Assembly (NCBI GenBank): GCA_963733855.1
Contig: CAVTEL010000011.1
Location: 31,691 to 95,690, forward strand
Direction: 5' to 3'
Length of the DNA stretch: 64,000 nucleotides
DNA from: an uncultured Actinomycetes bacterium
GTDB taxonomy: Bacteria; Actinomycetota; Thermoleophilia; Gaiellales; Gaiellaceae
In this document: one piece after another, positions 1-12,902 of the stretch
How positions within the stretch are numbered: the stretch's first letter is position 1
Layout of the letters: each line of letters begins with the position of its first letter
Program-made: the position numbers and the translations under genes
The notes under the pieces: model-generated
Database searches by the model: none
What the model saw: only the letters and a program-made list of their open reading frames with translations
Told to the model about the DNA's origin: nothing

Positions 1-583
1 CGAGCGCTACCTGCTTCCCGCGCGTGAGAACGTCGGGCTGGGGCGGAAAGAGCGCATCGACGACATCGAGGCGATACTCGAAGCGGCGGCGCGCGCGGAC
101 GCGCACGAGTTCCTCGCTTCGCTGCCCGAGGGGTACGAGACGATGCTCGGCCGCGAGTTCTCGGGCGGCTTCGACCTCTCGATCGGACAGTGGCAGCGGG
201 TCGCGCTGGCTCGGGCGTTCTTCCGGGACGCGCCGTTCGTGATCCTCGACGAGCCGACCGCGTCGCTCGACGCGCGGGCGGAGAGCAACCTCTTCGAGCG
301 GATGCGGGAGCTGCTGCACGGACGCTCGGTCGTCCTGATCTCGCACAGGTTCTCGAGCGTCCGGTCGGCCGACCGGATCTACGTGCTGCACGAAGGCCGC
401 GTGGTGGAGGAGGGGTCGCACGACGAGCTGATGGCCAGGGACGGTCTCTACGCAGAGCTCTTCACGCTGCAGGCTCGGGCGTACGTCGAGCGGCCGGCGT
501 CGGCGGCCGGAGAGGAGGACGAGCCTCGCGAGTCCGAGGAGCCGGAGGAGCCGATCGAGCAGGTCTTCTTCGGCGCGCCGTGA
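1..583 (+). CDS. ABC exporter ATP-binding domain, C-terminal part (5' end outside window)
   Basis: ORF 143..583 plus in-frame upstream sequence. Signature-like LSIGQWQRVALARA, Walker B FVILDEPT, H-loop LISHR. Confidence 0.85.
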   Translation, partial: ERYLLPARENVGLGRKERIDDIEAILEAAARADAHEFLASLPEGYETMLGREFSGGFDLSIGQWQRVALARAFFRDAPFVILDEPTASLDARAESNLFERMRELLHGRSVVLISHRFSSVRSADRIYVLHEGRVVEEGSHDELMARDGLYAELFTLQARAYVERPASAAGEEDEPRESEEPEEPIEQVFFGAP

Positions 584-633
584 CCCGGCGAGTCTCGGCA
601 CGGAATCGGCGTACTCACGCGCGAATCCAGGCG

Positions 634-1182
634 CTAGCCTCGAAGCTCATCCCCTTGGGTGGGTGGGGGTTTGGGATGGGTCCGACCCGCCGTGCGCTCT
701 CGACCCTCACCAAGCAGGAGCGCGTATCTGAGCTCGACCGGGTACGGCGGGAACTCCGATCTCGACCGGGCGCCGTCGTCCCTCCAGCCGCGCGCCTCGT
801 AGAACCGGCGCGCTCGCTCGTTCTCCTCGAGCACCCACAGGCAGGCCTTCGGCCCGTGTCGGCGCAGCAGCGCCACCGCCTCGTCGTGGAGCGCCGCACC
901 GGCGCCGCGGCCCCACTCCGCCGGCACCACGAACAGGTTCCGCAGCCATCCCGGCGAGACGGACACGAACCCGACCGGCCTCCCGGCGCGCTCCGCGAGC
1001 AGCACGGCCGTCTCGGCGTCACGCAGCGCGCCGGCCCAGACCTCCCGCATCTCCGCGTCGGGGAACCGGTATCGATCGGGCGGGAAGATCTCCGCGTACG
1101 CCGTCATCGCGCTCTCCTTGTGGATCGCGAACAGCGTCTCGGCGTCGTCCGGCGCCGCCGTCCGAATTGCGAGCGCGCCCAT
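634..1182 (-). CDS. GNAT family N-acetyltransferase
   Basis: Internal ATG (1182) of ORF 634..1419. Acetyl-CoA-binding-like VVPAEWGRGAGAALHDEAV and a typical ~180-aa length. The upstream part of the ORF is an Arg/Pro-rich shadow. Confidence 0.8.
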   Translation of the reverse strand: MGALAIRTAAPDDAETLFAIHKESAMTAYAEIFPPDRYRFPDAEMREVWAGALRDAETAVLLAERAGRPVGFVSVSPGWLRNLFVVPAEWGRGAGAALHDEAVALLRRHGPKACLWVLEENERARRFYEARGWRDDGARSRSEFPPYPVELRYALLLGEGRERTAGRTHPKPPPTQGDELRG

Positions 1183-1244
1183 CCCGCGATTGTCCCTGCG
1201 CGTACCATGGACGGCCCCGGAACCTGACCGTTCCGGCGTTCGTC

Positions 1245-4200
1245 GTGGACCCGCCGGTGCTACACGTCGTCGCCCAGGAGCTCGCCGACAGCGAGCGTCT
1301 CGAGACGTTCGCGGACGAGGTCTCCGAGGCGCACAAGGGCCTCGCCGTCGAGGCCGCCGACCGCAAGGGCCCTCGCGCCCGCGTCTCCGAGCCGGCGCTG
1401 CCGCTTCTCCTCGCGGCACTCCACCTCAGGCTCGATCGCGGCCTCGTCGTCGTCCTGCCAGAGGACTCCGAGGCGCGCGACGCCGCAGAAGCCGCCGCCT
1501 GGTTCCTCGGCGACGACCGCGTCGCGCTGCTGCCCAGCCGCGGCGTGGGTTGGGGCTCCGGCCTCGACCCGGCGCCGCACCTGGTCGGCGAGCGGGCCCG
1601 CGCGCTCGACGTCCTCGCCGCCGGCGGCCTGGTCGCCGCTTCCGCTGCCGCCATCTCGGAAGGGCTTCCCCCGCCGGACGAGCGGCCAGAGCCGATCCGC
1701 CTGCCCGAGGACGCCGAGGACGATCTGACGGAAAAGCTCGCGCTCGCCGGCTACGAACGGGTCGAGCGCGCAGAGGAGCGCGGGCAGTTCGCTGTTCGCG
1801 GCGGGATCATCGACGTCTTCCCGACGACCGGCCGCGAGCCGCTCCGCATCGAGCTGTTCGGGGACGAGATCGAGTCGATGCGCGCGTACTCGCCGTTCAC
1901 GCAGCGCACGCTCCACCCAGTCGAGAGCGCCGTCATCTACTCGGCCGCCGAGCGCCGCGCCGACCTGACCGAGCCGACGCTGACGGAAGAGGACGCCGCG
2001 CCGCAGGCGCCCGACGACCTCGTCCCGCCACTCGCCCGCGTGCCCGACCTCGTCTGGCAGCCAGAGGCCGTCCGGTCGGTGTGGGACGAGGAGGGCCTCC
2101 CGCCACAGCCGCTCGAGGGCGCCGCCGAGCTCGATCCCTTCCCGACCGGTCAGCCGATCTCGTTCGAGGCGCAGCGGCCGGCGATCGCAGCCCGTGGCCT
2201 GTCGGAGGCGGAGCAGGAGCTCGCCTCGCTCGTCCGCGGCGGCTTGCGAACGATCGTCGCGTTCGCGCACCGCGGCGAGGCGCTCCGCAACCAGAACCTC
2301 CTCCGGCGGGTCGAGGCCCGTCTCCTCGAGGAAGGCGACCAGCTCCCGCCCGAGTCCGAGCTCCTCTACGCAGTCTCCCCGGCCCGGCGGGGGTTCGTCT
2401 GGCGCGACCTCGGCATCGCGCTCCTTCCGGATACGCAGGTCTTCCGCCGCAGGCCGCGCCGGGCCGAGCACAGGGTCGGTCGCGCGCTCCAGTCCTTCGC
2501 CGACCTGCGCACGGGCGACCACGTCGTTCACGAGGACCACGGCGTGGGCCGGCTGCTCGGCTTCGAGACGAAGGAGGTCGCCGGCGTGACGCGCGACTAC
2601 CTCCTGCTCGCGTTCCGGGGAGACGACCGCCTGTACGTCCCGCACGAGCAGCTCGGGAAAGTCTCGCGCTACATCGGCTCGAACGGCGGCGCGCCGGCGC
2701 TCTCCAAGCTCGGCGGGAAGGCGTGGCAGCTGCTCAAGAGCCGCGCCCGAGAGGGGATCCGCGAGCTTGCCGGCGAGCTCCTCCGTCTCTACGCCGAGCG
2801 GCAGCAGGCGCCCGGTGTCGCGTACGACCTCGACCACGAGTACCTCGAACAGCTCGAGGCGAGCTTCCCGTACCAGGAGACCGACGACCAGCGCGTCGCG
2901 ATCGAAGCGGTCAAGGAGGACCTGGAGACGCCGCGGCCGATGGATCGCCTCGTCTGCGGCGACGTCGGCTTCGGCAAGACGGAGGTCGCCGTCCGCGCGG
3001 CCTTCGCGGTCGCGCTGAACGGCAAGCAGACCCTGATGCTCGTCCCCACGACGGTGCTCGCGCAGCAGCACTGGAACACCTTTCGCGAGCGCTACCGCGA
3101 CTTTCCGCTCCGCGTCGAGATGGTCTCGCGCTTCCGCAGCGCCAAGGAGACCAAGCAGGTGCTCGCCGACTTCGCGGAGGGCAAGGTGGACGTCCTGATC
3201 GGCACGCACCGTGTCCTCTCCCGCGACGTGATTCCCAAGGACCTCGGGCTCGTGATCGTGGACGAGGAGCAGCGGTTCGGCGTGGCCCAGAAGGAGCTGC
3301 TCCGCCAGCTGCGGCTGGAGGTCGACGTGCTCGCGCTGACGGCGACGCCGATCCCGCGCACGCTCCACATGTCGCTCTCCGGCCTGCGCGACATCTCGAT
3401 CATCGAGACTCCGCCCGAGGGACGCCGCCCGATCCGCACACACGTCGGCGAGTTCGACGAGGACCTGATCAAGCAGGCCATCGAACGGGAGGTCGCCCGC
3501 GGGGGACAGGCGTTCTTCCTCCACAACCGGGTCGAGACGATCGAGGAGCGTGCGGCGTGGCTCCAGGCACTCGTCCCCGAGGTCCGCGTCGTCGTGGCGC
3601 ACGGACAGATGCGCGAGAAGGAGCTCGAAAACCGGATGCTGTCGTTCCTGCGCGGCGACGCCGACGTCCTCGTCTCCACGACGATCATCGAGTCCGGCCT
3701 CGACATCCCGCAGGCGAACACGCTCATCGTCGAGCGGGCGGACGCGCTGGGCCTCGCGCAGCTGTACCAGATCCGCGGGCGGGTGGGCCGCTCCGACGAG
3801 CTGGCCCACGCGTACCTGTTCTATCCGGACGCGTCAGAGCTGACCCCGGAGGCCCGCGCACGCCTCGCGACGCTGGCCGACCACACCGAGCTCGGCGCAG
3901 GGTTCGCGATCGCGATGCGGGACCTCGAGATTCGCGGCGCGGGCGACCTCCTCGGGGCCGAGCAGTCGGGCCACGTCGCAGCGCTGGGGTTCGAGCTCTA
4001 CGTCGAGCTGCTCGGTGAGGCTGTCGCGGAGCTCTCGGGCGAGCGGCGGCCGACCGCCAGACCCGTGCGTGTCGACGCCCGGGTCGACGCCTACGTCCCG
4101 AACACCTACATCGACTCCGAGGCGATGCGGATCGACCTCCACCGCCGGCTCGCGCTCTCCGAGACGGAGGACGAGCTGCGCGAGCTGGAGGCGGCCACGA

Positions 4201-4484
4201 TCGACCGCTTCGGCCCCCTGCCGGAACCGGTCGAGAACCTGTTTGCGATCCAAGAAGTAAGGATCAAGGTCGCCCGGCTGGGCGCCGACTATCTGGTCTT
4301 CCGAGGGGGGCGGGCGACCGTCGGGCCGCTCGTTCTCGGCTCGGGAGAGCTGCGCGAGCTCCGTAGCCGAATCGACACCGCCGTCTACACGACAGCCCGA
4401 AATGAAATCTCGTTAAGAGACGATGTATTTAAGGGGGCGGTGCGTTTGGTCGATGCTATTCTCGACACGCGTCGCGCAGCATAG
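1245..4484 (+). CDS. mfd: transcription-repair coupling factor
   Basis: 1105-aa ORF 1167..4484. CarD/TRCF motif GDHVVHEDHGVGRLLG; SF2 motifs GDVGFGKTEVA, DEEQRFG, TATPIPRT, QIRGRVGRS. Start placed at in-frame GTG 1245 to clear the divergent GNAT gene (alternatives 1167, 1257). Confidence 0.95.
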   Translation: MDPPVLHVVAQELADSERLETFADEVSEAHKGLAVEAADRKGPRARVSEPALPLLLAALHLRLDRGLVVVLPEDSEARDAAEAAAWFLGDDRVALLPSRGVGWGSGLDPAPHLVGERARALDVLAAGGLVAASAAAISEGLPPPDERPEPIRLPEDAEDDLTEKLALAGYERVERAEERGQFAVRGGIIDVFPTTGREPLRIELFGDEIESMRAYSPFTQRTLHPVESAVIYSAAERRADLTEPTLTEEDAAPQAPDDLVPPLARVPDLVWQPEAVRSVWDEEGLPPQPLEGAAELDPFPTGQPISFEAQRPAIAARGLSEAEQELASLVRGGLRTIVAFAHRGEALRNQNLLRRVEARLLEEGDQLPPESELLYAVSPARRGFVWRDLGIALLPDTQVFRRRPRRAEHRVGRALQSFADLRTGDHVVHEDHGVGRLLGFETKEVAGVTRDYLLLAFRGDDRLYVPHEQLGKVSRYIGSNGGAPALSKLGGKAWQLLKSRAREGIRELAGELLRLYAERQQAPGVAYDLDHEYLEQLEASFPYQETDDQRVAIEAVKEDLETPRPMDRLVCGDVGFGKTEVAVRAAFAVALNGKQTLMLVPTTVLAQQHWNTFRERYRDFPLRVEMVSRFRSAKETKQVLADFAEGKVDVLIGTHRVLSRDVIPKDLGLVIVDEEQRFGVAQKELLRQLRLEVDVLALTATPIPRTLHMSLSGLRDISIIETPPEGRRPIRTHVGEFDEDLIKQAIEREVARGGQAFFLHNRVETIEERAAWLQALVPEVRVVVAHGQMREKELENRMLSFLRGDADVLVSTTIIESGLDIPQANTLIVERADALGLAQLYQIRGRVGRSDELAHAYLFYPDASELTPEARARLATLADHTELGAGFAIAMRDLEIRGAGDLLGAEQSGHVAALGFELYVELLGEAVAELSGERRPTARPVRVDARVDAYVPNTYIDSEAMRIDLHRRLALSETEDELRELEAATIDRFGPLPEPVENLFAIQEVRIKVARLGADYLVFRGGRATVGPLVLGSGELRELRSRIDTAVYTTARNEISLRDDVFKGAVRLVDAILDTRRAA

Positions 4485-4499
4485 GTCGGCGCGTTTTTT

Positions 4500-5509
4500 A
4501 TGAAACGGGTCTTCTCGACACTCTTCCTCGCCCTCGGGCTCGCCGTATTCGCGGTGGGCTGCGGCAGCGACGACGGCGGCTCCGATGCGGTGCCGACGAA
4601 CTCGGTCGCGGTCGTCGGCGACCAGTCGATCCCGAAGTCCGAGTTCGACGACCTGATCACGTACGCGAAGCGCAGCTACGACTCGCAGAAGCGGCCGTTC
4701 CCGAAAGTCGGCACGCCCGAGTACGTGCAGCTCCGCGACCAGGCGATGCGCTTCCTCATCCAGCGCACCCAGTTCGAGGTCAAGGCCGACGAGCTCGACA
4801 TCGACGTCAGCGACGAGGCCGTCGACAAGCGGATCGACCAGTACGTCAAGGAGCGGCACCAGGGCGACAGGAAGAAGTTCGACGCCGAGCTCAAGACTCA
4901 GGGCCTGAGCCCCGAGCAGGCGAGCGACATCATCCGCGCCAACCTCGTCCAGGAGGCGATCTTCAACAAGGTCACGAAGGAAGTGAAGGTCACCGACGAG
5001 CAGGTCAAGACGTACTACGACAAGAACAAGGCGCAGTACGGGACGCCCGAGACGCGGTCCAGGTTCGCCACGTCCTCGTCAAGGACAAGGCGAAGGCCGA
5101 CGACCTCTACGCGCAGCTCAAGGCCGGCGGCAGCTGGCAGGCGATCGCGAAGAAGCACTCCCAGGACCCGGCCTCGAAGAACCAGGGCGGGAAGATGACG
5201 GCGACGAAGGGCCAGCTCGTTCCCGAGTTCGAGCAGACGGCCTTCACGATCGGCGACAACGGGATCTCCAAGCCCGTGAAGACGCAGTACGGCTGGCACA
5301 TCATCCAGGCGCTCGGCCCCGTGAAGAAGAGCCAGTCCACGCCCTTCCCTCAGGTCCAGGAAGCGATCCGGCAGCAGCTCCTCCAGGAGAACCGGAACAA
5401 GGAGATGGAGAAGTGGGTCACCGAGATGCGCAAGGACCTCGAGGGCGAGACGACGTACCAGGTCGGCTACAAGCCGAAGCCGGCCGCCGAAGAACCGGCC
5501 ACTGGCTAG
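4500..5509 (+). CDS. lipoprotein peptidyl-prolyl isomerase (parvulin/PrsA-SurA-like), one apparent frameshift
   Basis: Lipobox signal MKRVFSTLFLALGLAVFAVGC and parvulin core ..QVRHVLVKDKAKADDLY..GWHIIQA. ORFs 4500..5198 and 5195..5509 join if 1 nt is added near 5055-5060. Confidence 0.8.
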
Positions 5510-5510
5510 T

Positions 5511-8326
<2,816 letters not shown>

Positions 8327-8331
8327 ACGCC

Positions 8332-9751
8332 GTGTCCGCGCGCGTGCCCCGTCGCACGAAGATCGTGGCCACGCTGGGGCCGGCGTGCGCGATGCCCGAG
8401 CAGGTGCTCGCGCTCGCCCAGGCCGGCATGGACGGCGCGCGACTGAACTTCTCGCACGGGACGCACGAGCAGCACGCCGAGTACGCGCGCATGGTCCGTG
8501 CGGCCCAGGACGAGGTCGGCAGGCCGATCGCGTTGATCGCGGACCTCCAGGGGCCGAAGCTCCGGATCGGCGATCTCGAGGAGCCGATGCAGCTCGCCGA
8601 CGGCGACGAGATCGTGGTCACGGGCGGCGACGATGCGAGCCTCGACGGAGAGCTCCCGGTCCTGCCGGCAGTGATCGGCCAGGTGCTCCAGCCCGGCCAC
8701 GACGTGCTGATCGACGACGGCCTCGTCCGGCTCCGCGTCGAGAACGTGACCGCTGGCCGGGCGCGCTGTGCCGTCGATCGTGGGCGGCACGGTCAGCTCG
8801 CACAAGGGCGTGAACGTCCCCGGCGTTCCGGTGCCCATCCCGGCCCTGACCCGAAAGGACACCGACGACCTCGAGTTCGCGCTCGAGCTCGGCGCGGATT
8901 TCGTCGCACTCTCGTTCGTCCGCTCGGCCGCCGACGTCCGCGACCTGAAGGGGCTGATCAAGCAGGCGGGCGTCGACGCGCATGTGATCGCGAAGATCGA
9001 GAAGGCGGAGGCAATCGACGCCTTGCCGGCGATCCTCGAGGAGGCGGACGCGATCATGGTCGCCCGCGGCGACCTCGGCGTCGAGATCGGCGTCGAGGTC
9101 GTGCCCCTCCTCCAGAAGCGGATCATTCTCGGCTCGCTCAACTGGGGAAAGCCGGTGATCACGGCGACCCAGATGCTCGAGTCGATGGTCAACCACGCCG
9201 AGCCCACGCGGGCCGAAGCGAGCGACGTCGCCAATGCGATCCTCGACGGCACCTCGGCGCTGATGCTCTCCGAGGAGACGGCGATCGGCCGCTACCCGCT
9301 CGAGGCCGTCCGAACGATGGAGCGAATCGCGCGGACGATCGAGCCGAGCATCGAGTACCGGCACCAGTTTCCGCAGCCGGGCGACGAGCCCACGGTCGGG
9401 CAGGCCATGTCCAACGCCGCCTGCGACCTGGCGGAGACGCTCGGCGCGAAGGCGATCCTGGTCCCGACGTTCACCGGCCGGACGGCGTCCGTCGTCGCCA
9501 GGCTCCGCCCGCGCCGCCCGATCATCGGCCTCTCCCACCACCCCGCCGCACTCCAGCACATGGCGCTCGAGTGGGGCGTGACGCCGATGCAGATGCCCCA
9601 GGCGGCCGACGTGGAGGAGCTCTGGACCCGTTCGCTCGAGTCCGGTCGCGAGTCCGGCCTGCTCGACGAGGGCGACCTGGTGGTGCTCACGGCTGGGACC
9701 GCGGTGAACCTCCCCGGCACCACGGACATGATCAAGCTCTCGTACGCCTAA
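8332..9751 (+). CDS. pyk: pyruvate kinase, one apparent frameshift
   Basis: RRTKIVATLGPA, NFSHG, then ORF 8768..9751 with KGVNVPG, MVARGDLGVEI, ATQMLESM, EASDVANAILDG. Frames join near 8770-8790. Confidence 0.9.
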
Positions 9752-9786
9752 GAAGGAGCCGCGGTCACCCTCCCGAACGGACGGCC

Positions 9787-10158
9787 ATGCCGTCCCGGTC
9801 CCGGTCCAAGCGGCCCCGCCGCCGGCCGCCGCTCATGCGGTGGCTCGCGGTCGCAACGATCCTCGTGGTCGGGCTCCTCTACTACAGGCCGCTCAAAAGC
9901 TATCTGGACACGAAAGCGTCGCTCGAGGAGCGAGCGGCCCAGGTGCGATCGCTGCGCGCCGAGCGCGACGAGCTCGCGCGGATGGTGGCCGAGTCCGACA
10001 CGCCGGAGGCTCTGGCCCGGCGTGCCCGGCGCCTCGGTCTTGTCAAGCCCGGCGAGCGGCTCTTCATCGTCAAGGGAATCGACGAGTGGCGGGCACGACA
10101 GAACGCCGGAACAGGTGCCGCGTCCGGCGACGAACCCAACGCCGCAGGCGACCGCTGA
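9787..10158 (+). CDS. ftsB: septum formation initiator (FtsB/DivIC family)
   Basis: ATG 9787 within the long composite ORF. Basic N-terminus, one TM helix (WLAVATILVVGLLYY), coiled coil, and the ARRLGLVKPGE motif. Confidence 0.75.
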   Translation: MPSRSRSKRPRRRPPLMRWLAVATILVVGLLYYRPLKSYLDTKASLEERAAQVRSLRAERDELARMVAESDTPEALARRARRLGLVKPGERLFIVKGIDEWRARQNAGTGAASGDEPNAAGDR

Positions 10159-10290
10159 CACGGCGCCGGGCTGCGTCCTCAGTCGCCCCGATGCTTCTAG
10201 CATCGAGGCTCCCTGCGTCCTGCCCCGGCTTGGTCATCGGCCCCCTGCGACGGGGGAGCGTCACCGGACGCGACACTAGGATCGGAGGCG

Positions 10291-10795
10291 GTGGATGACC
10301 GGGCGATCGTGGAGCGCCAGCTGGGCCGGGAGCCGCGCGCGTTCCTGCGCGTGGCCGTCCGCTGCCCGTTCGGCGCGCCTGCCGTAACGCTCCAGGCGCC
10401 GTACGACGGCACTGGCGATCCCTTTCCGACGACCTTCTACCTCACCTGCCGCCACCTGGTCGCCGCCGTCGCCCGCATCGAGGCGGCCGGAGGGATCGAG
10501 CGCTGGGGCGAGCTCGCGTCCGGCGACGAACGGCTCGCGAGCAGCCTCGAGGCGGCGACGGCCCAGCAGCGCGTCATCCGCCGCGAGCTTGCGGACGGGC
10601 AGGTCGGACGGGAGCAGGGAGCCTCGCTCGACCTCGGCATTGGCGGCACGGCGAACCCGCTATCGGCTCAAGTGCCTTCACGCCCATGTCGCGTTCGCAC
10701 TCGCCCGGCCGGGGTACGAGCTAGGCGAACGGATCTACGCCGAGATCGAGCCGAGCTGGCCCGATCGGTGCTGCACGCTGGATGCTCCTGGGTAA
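10291..10795 (+). CDS. DUF501 domain protein, one apparent frameshift
   Basis: FPTTFYLTCRHLV.. then the frame of ORF 10589..10795 (LKCLHAHVAFALARPGYELGERI). Join near 10650-10660. DUF501 classically follows eno/ftsB in actinobacteria. Confidence 0.7.
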
Positions 10796-10798
10796 GCG

Positions 10799-11113
10799 AT
10801 GGCCAGCTACCTGGAGACCGCGAGGCAGCAGTGGGCGGAAGGCGACCGTCGGCTCAGGGCTGCCTCCTCGGACCCGAACGCCTACGAGACGCTGATGGCG
10901 CAGGTCGAGGCCGTGACCGAGGCACTCAGGCGCCGCATCGGCGAGCGCTTCACGCTCGTGCAGCTCGCGGACCTGTACGCCGGTGCCGACGGCTGGGTGT
11001 ACGAGGCGGTCGCCGAGCGCGCCGCTCGTCCCGGATGGACGGCGACGGCGTCGGTCGCTCAGGACGCTGCGTTCCATCGGTATGCACGAGGCGCGACGGA
11101 CTACGCCCCATGA
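10799..11113 (+). CDS. hypothetical protein
   Basis: 104-aa ORF with a balanced composition unlike the shadow ORFs, tightly packed between neighbours. Confidence 0.5.
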   Translation: MASYLETARQQWAEGDRRLRAASSDPNAYETLMAQVEAVTEALRRRIGERFTLVQLADLYAGADGWVYEAVAERAARPGWTATASVAQDAAFHRYARGATDYAP

Positions 11114-11340
11114 GCACCGACGTGCCCACCCGCAGGCGCCGCAGGCGAGGCGTCGGCGTCGTCGGCTGGCTCATCCGGATCGCCGCGGCGGTGATCGTCT
11201 TCGGCGTTGGCGTCGCCGTCGGGCAGGCGCTCGAGGATCGCCCCGAGCCCACGAAGCCGGTGACGAGCTTCCGGACGATCCAGCCCTGGACGCAGACGAA
11301 CCGCGGGACCGAAACGCGCACCGTCACCGTGACTCCCTGA
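11110..11340 (+). CDS. small membrane protein (hypothetical)
   Basis: ATGA overlap with the previous gene. Arg-rich N-terminus then one TM helix (VVGWLIRIAAAVIVFGVGVAVG). Confidence 0.45.
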   Translation: MSTDVPTRRRRRRGVGVVGWLIRIAAAVIVFGVGVAVGQALEDRPEPTKPVTSFRTIQPWTQTNRGTETRTVTVTP

Positions 11341-11372
11341 ACACGCGAGAACGAAGAAAGTGCAGCTTTGAT

Positions 11373-11378
11373 TAGATT
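11373..11378 (+). promoter_or_regulatory. candidate -10 hexamer (TAGATT) for a leaderless transcript
   Basis: TANNNT hexamer in the only AT-rich patch of this intergenic region, 6 nt upstream of GTG 11385. Confidence 0.3.
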
Positions 11379-11384
11379 CATGCC

Positions 11385-11984
11385 GTGTCCGAGGTCGGGG
11401 GCAAGGCGCACAGACAGCCGCCTGATGAAGGTTCCGACTGGTTGACCCTCGGTCAGGCGGCGAAATACCTCGGAGTCGCGCAGAGCACGATCAGGAAGTG
11501 GTCGGACCAGGGCCGCCTGCCGGCCTTCTACACGCCCGGTGGTCATCGCCGGTACCAGCGGCACGACCTGGACGCATTCGTATCCGGCTCCAGCAGCGCC
11601 TCCACCTCGCGGACGCGCGGGACGCCGCTCGTCCTGATCGTCGACGACGATCCGCGGATCCGCGAGTTCGTCCGGGTGAACCTGGAGATGGACGGCTACG
11701 TCGTCCGCGAAGCGGGGAGCGCGGAGGAAGGCCTTGCCGCCCTCGAGGAGCTGCCGCCCGACCTGATCCTCCTCGACGTGATGATGCCCGGCGTGGACGG
11801 GTGGGAGATGCTGCAGCGGATGCAGGAGCGCCACGACCAGGGCTCGATCCCGGTGATCATGTTCAGCGGCCAGGTGGATAGCTCGGACAGCGACGCCGTC
11901 GCACGGGGCGCTCAGGGCTTCCTCGGCAAGCCCTTCAACCCGCAGGACCTGATCACGCGGACGAAGGAGCTCTTAAGGGCTTGA
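11385..11984 (+). CDS. response regulator with N-terminal excisionase/MerR-type HTH and C-terminal receiver domain
   Basis: HTH LTLGQAAKYLGVAQSTIRKWSDQGRLP..GGHRRY. Receiver residues VDDD, LLDVMMPGVDG, MFSG, GKPF. Confidence 0.85.
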   Translation: MSEVGGKAHRQPPDEGSDWLTLGQAAKYLGVAQSTIRKWSDQGRLPAFYTPGGHRRYQRHDLDAFVSGSSSASTSRTRGTPLVLIVDDDPRIREFVRVNLEMDGYVVREAGSAEEGLAALEELPPDLILLDVMMPGVDGWEMLQRMQERHDQGSIPVIMFSGQVDSSDSDAVARGAQGFLGKPFNPQDLITRTKELLRA

Positions 11985-12043
11985 GGCGGCCACCGCCCGG
12001 CCGAGACGCTGATTGCCGCTTCCTCGCGTTCCGCGGCGCAACG

Positions 12044-12613
12044 CTAGAGCTCCTCTGACGCCCGTAAGAGGCCGGCGACGATCACAAGCACGGCCGCAAC
12101 GAGCGAGATCCAGATGCCGATGCCGCGGCCGGCCGGCTGGAAGTCGTCCGGGATCGAGATCACGCGGATCAGGACGAGGATCGTCGCGATCGAGCCGAGC
12201 ACGATCACGATCAGGCTCTCGGGGACCGTGGCCGGGAGCTCGATGCCGGCTGCGTGCAGCAGATGGAGCGCGACGACCGCGAGTCCGAGCAGCAGAACGA
12301 TCTTGGCCAGCGCACCCGTGTGCCAACCGATGACGGCGACCGTCAGGTCTCCCGAGCTGTTGACGTACCAGCCCATCAGAGTCGAGAGCGCGAGCACCAT
12401 CCCGGCGAGCCAGGTGAGCCGCTCGCCGGCACCCCACAGCCAGGCAGTGTCTGGCGAGAACCGGTCGCTCTCGTCGGGCTCGTAGGCCTCAGGCGGGTAG
12501 GTCTCGGGCGACTCCACGCCGGCATCTTCGCTGAAAGCCCCGCGGCTCTCAGTGAGTGGATCGGGTCGCGAGGGTTCCACTAGAAGCCGAAGAGCTGTTC
12601 GATTTGCCGCCAT
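12044..12613 (-). CDS. membrane protein (hypothetical)
   Basis: 189-aa ORF with about four predicted TM helices after an acidic/Pro-rich N-terminus. Confidence 0.55.
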   Translation of the reverse strand: MAANRTALRLLVEPSRPDPLTESRGAFSEDAGVESPETYPPEAYEPDESDRFSPDTAWLWGAGERLTWLAGMVLALSTLMGWYVNSSGDLTVAVIGWHTGALAKIVLLLGLAVVALHLLHAAGIELPATVPESLIVIVLGSIATILVLIRVISIPDDFQPAGRGIGIWISLVAAVLVIVAGLLRASEEL

Positions 12614-12816
12614 ACGACGAGCGAGAGATAGGCGGCGAGAACGACGAGGGAGAGGAGGATCGCGAAGAACCGCAGCCGCGCGAGGGCCCGCTCCTGCTTC
12701 CGGTCCTGCCGGATGCGACGCCGTGTCTTGTGGAATCGGTACGCGCGCTCGACCGCGATCGGATCGGGAAGCGGCGGCTCTTCCACGGCATCGGGGCGCC
12801 GGGCGGGCTCGGCCAT
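12580..12816 (-). CDS. small membrane protein (hypothetical)
   Basis: 78-aa ORF with a basic stretch followed by one TM helix (FFAILLSLVVLAAYLSLVVW). Confidence 0.45.
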   Translation of the reverse strand: MAEPARRPDAVEEPPLPDPIAVERAYRFHKTRRRIRQDRKQERALARLRFFAILLSLVVLAAYLSLVVWRQIEQLFGF

Positions 12817-12902
12817 CGCCGCACTCTATAAGAGGTTCCGGCGGTGGGAAGGGCCCCTGGCGGCTCGAGCCTCGTGGCGCCGGAGCCTCCTACACTTGTC
12901 GG

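Noticed and set aside
1118-4018. Very long ORFs overlapping mfd on both strands (1118..4018 +, 1260..3809 -).
   Set aside because: Their Arg/Pro/Ala/Gly-rich, low-complexity translations are typical of shadow frames in high-GC DNA. The mfd frame carries all the conserved motifs.
4470-4499. T-run (GCGCGTTTTTT) after mfd considered as an intrinsic terminator.
   Set aside because: The preceding stem is weak and irregular, and the T-run abuts the ATG of the next gene. I left it uncalled.
10168-10220. Direct repeats CTGCGTCCT flanking a 7-bp-stem palindrome (CGATGCT-TCT-AGCATCG) upstream of the DUF501 gene.
   Set aside because: They are short, occur only once, and could arise by chance in GC-rich DNA. 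There is no supporting promoter or terminator context.
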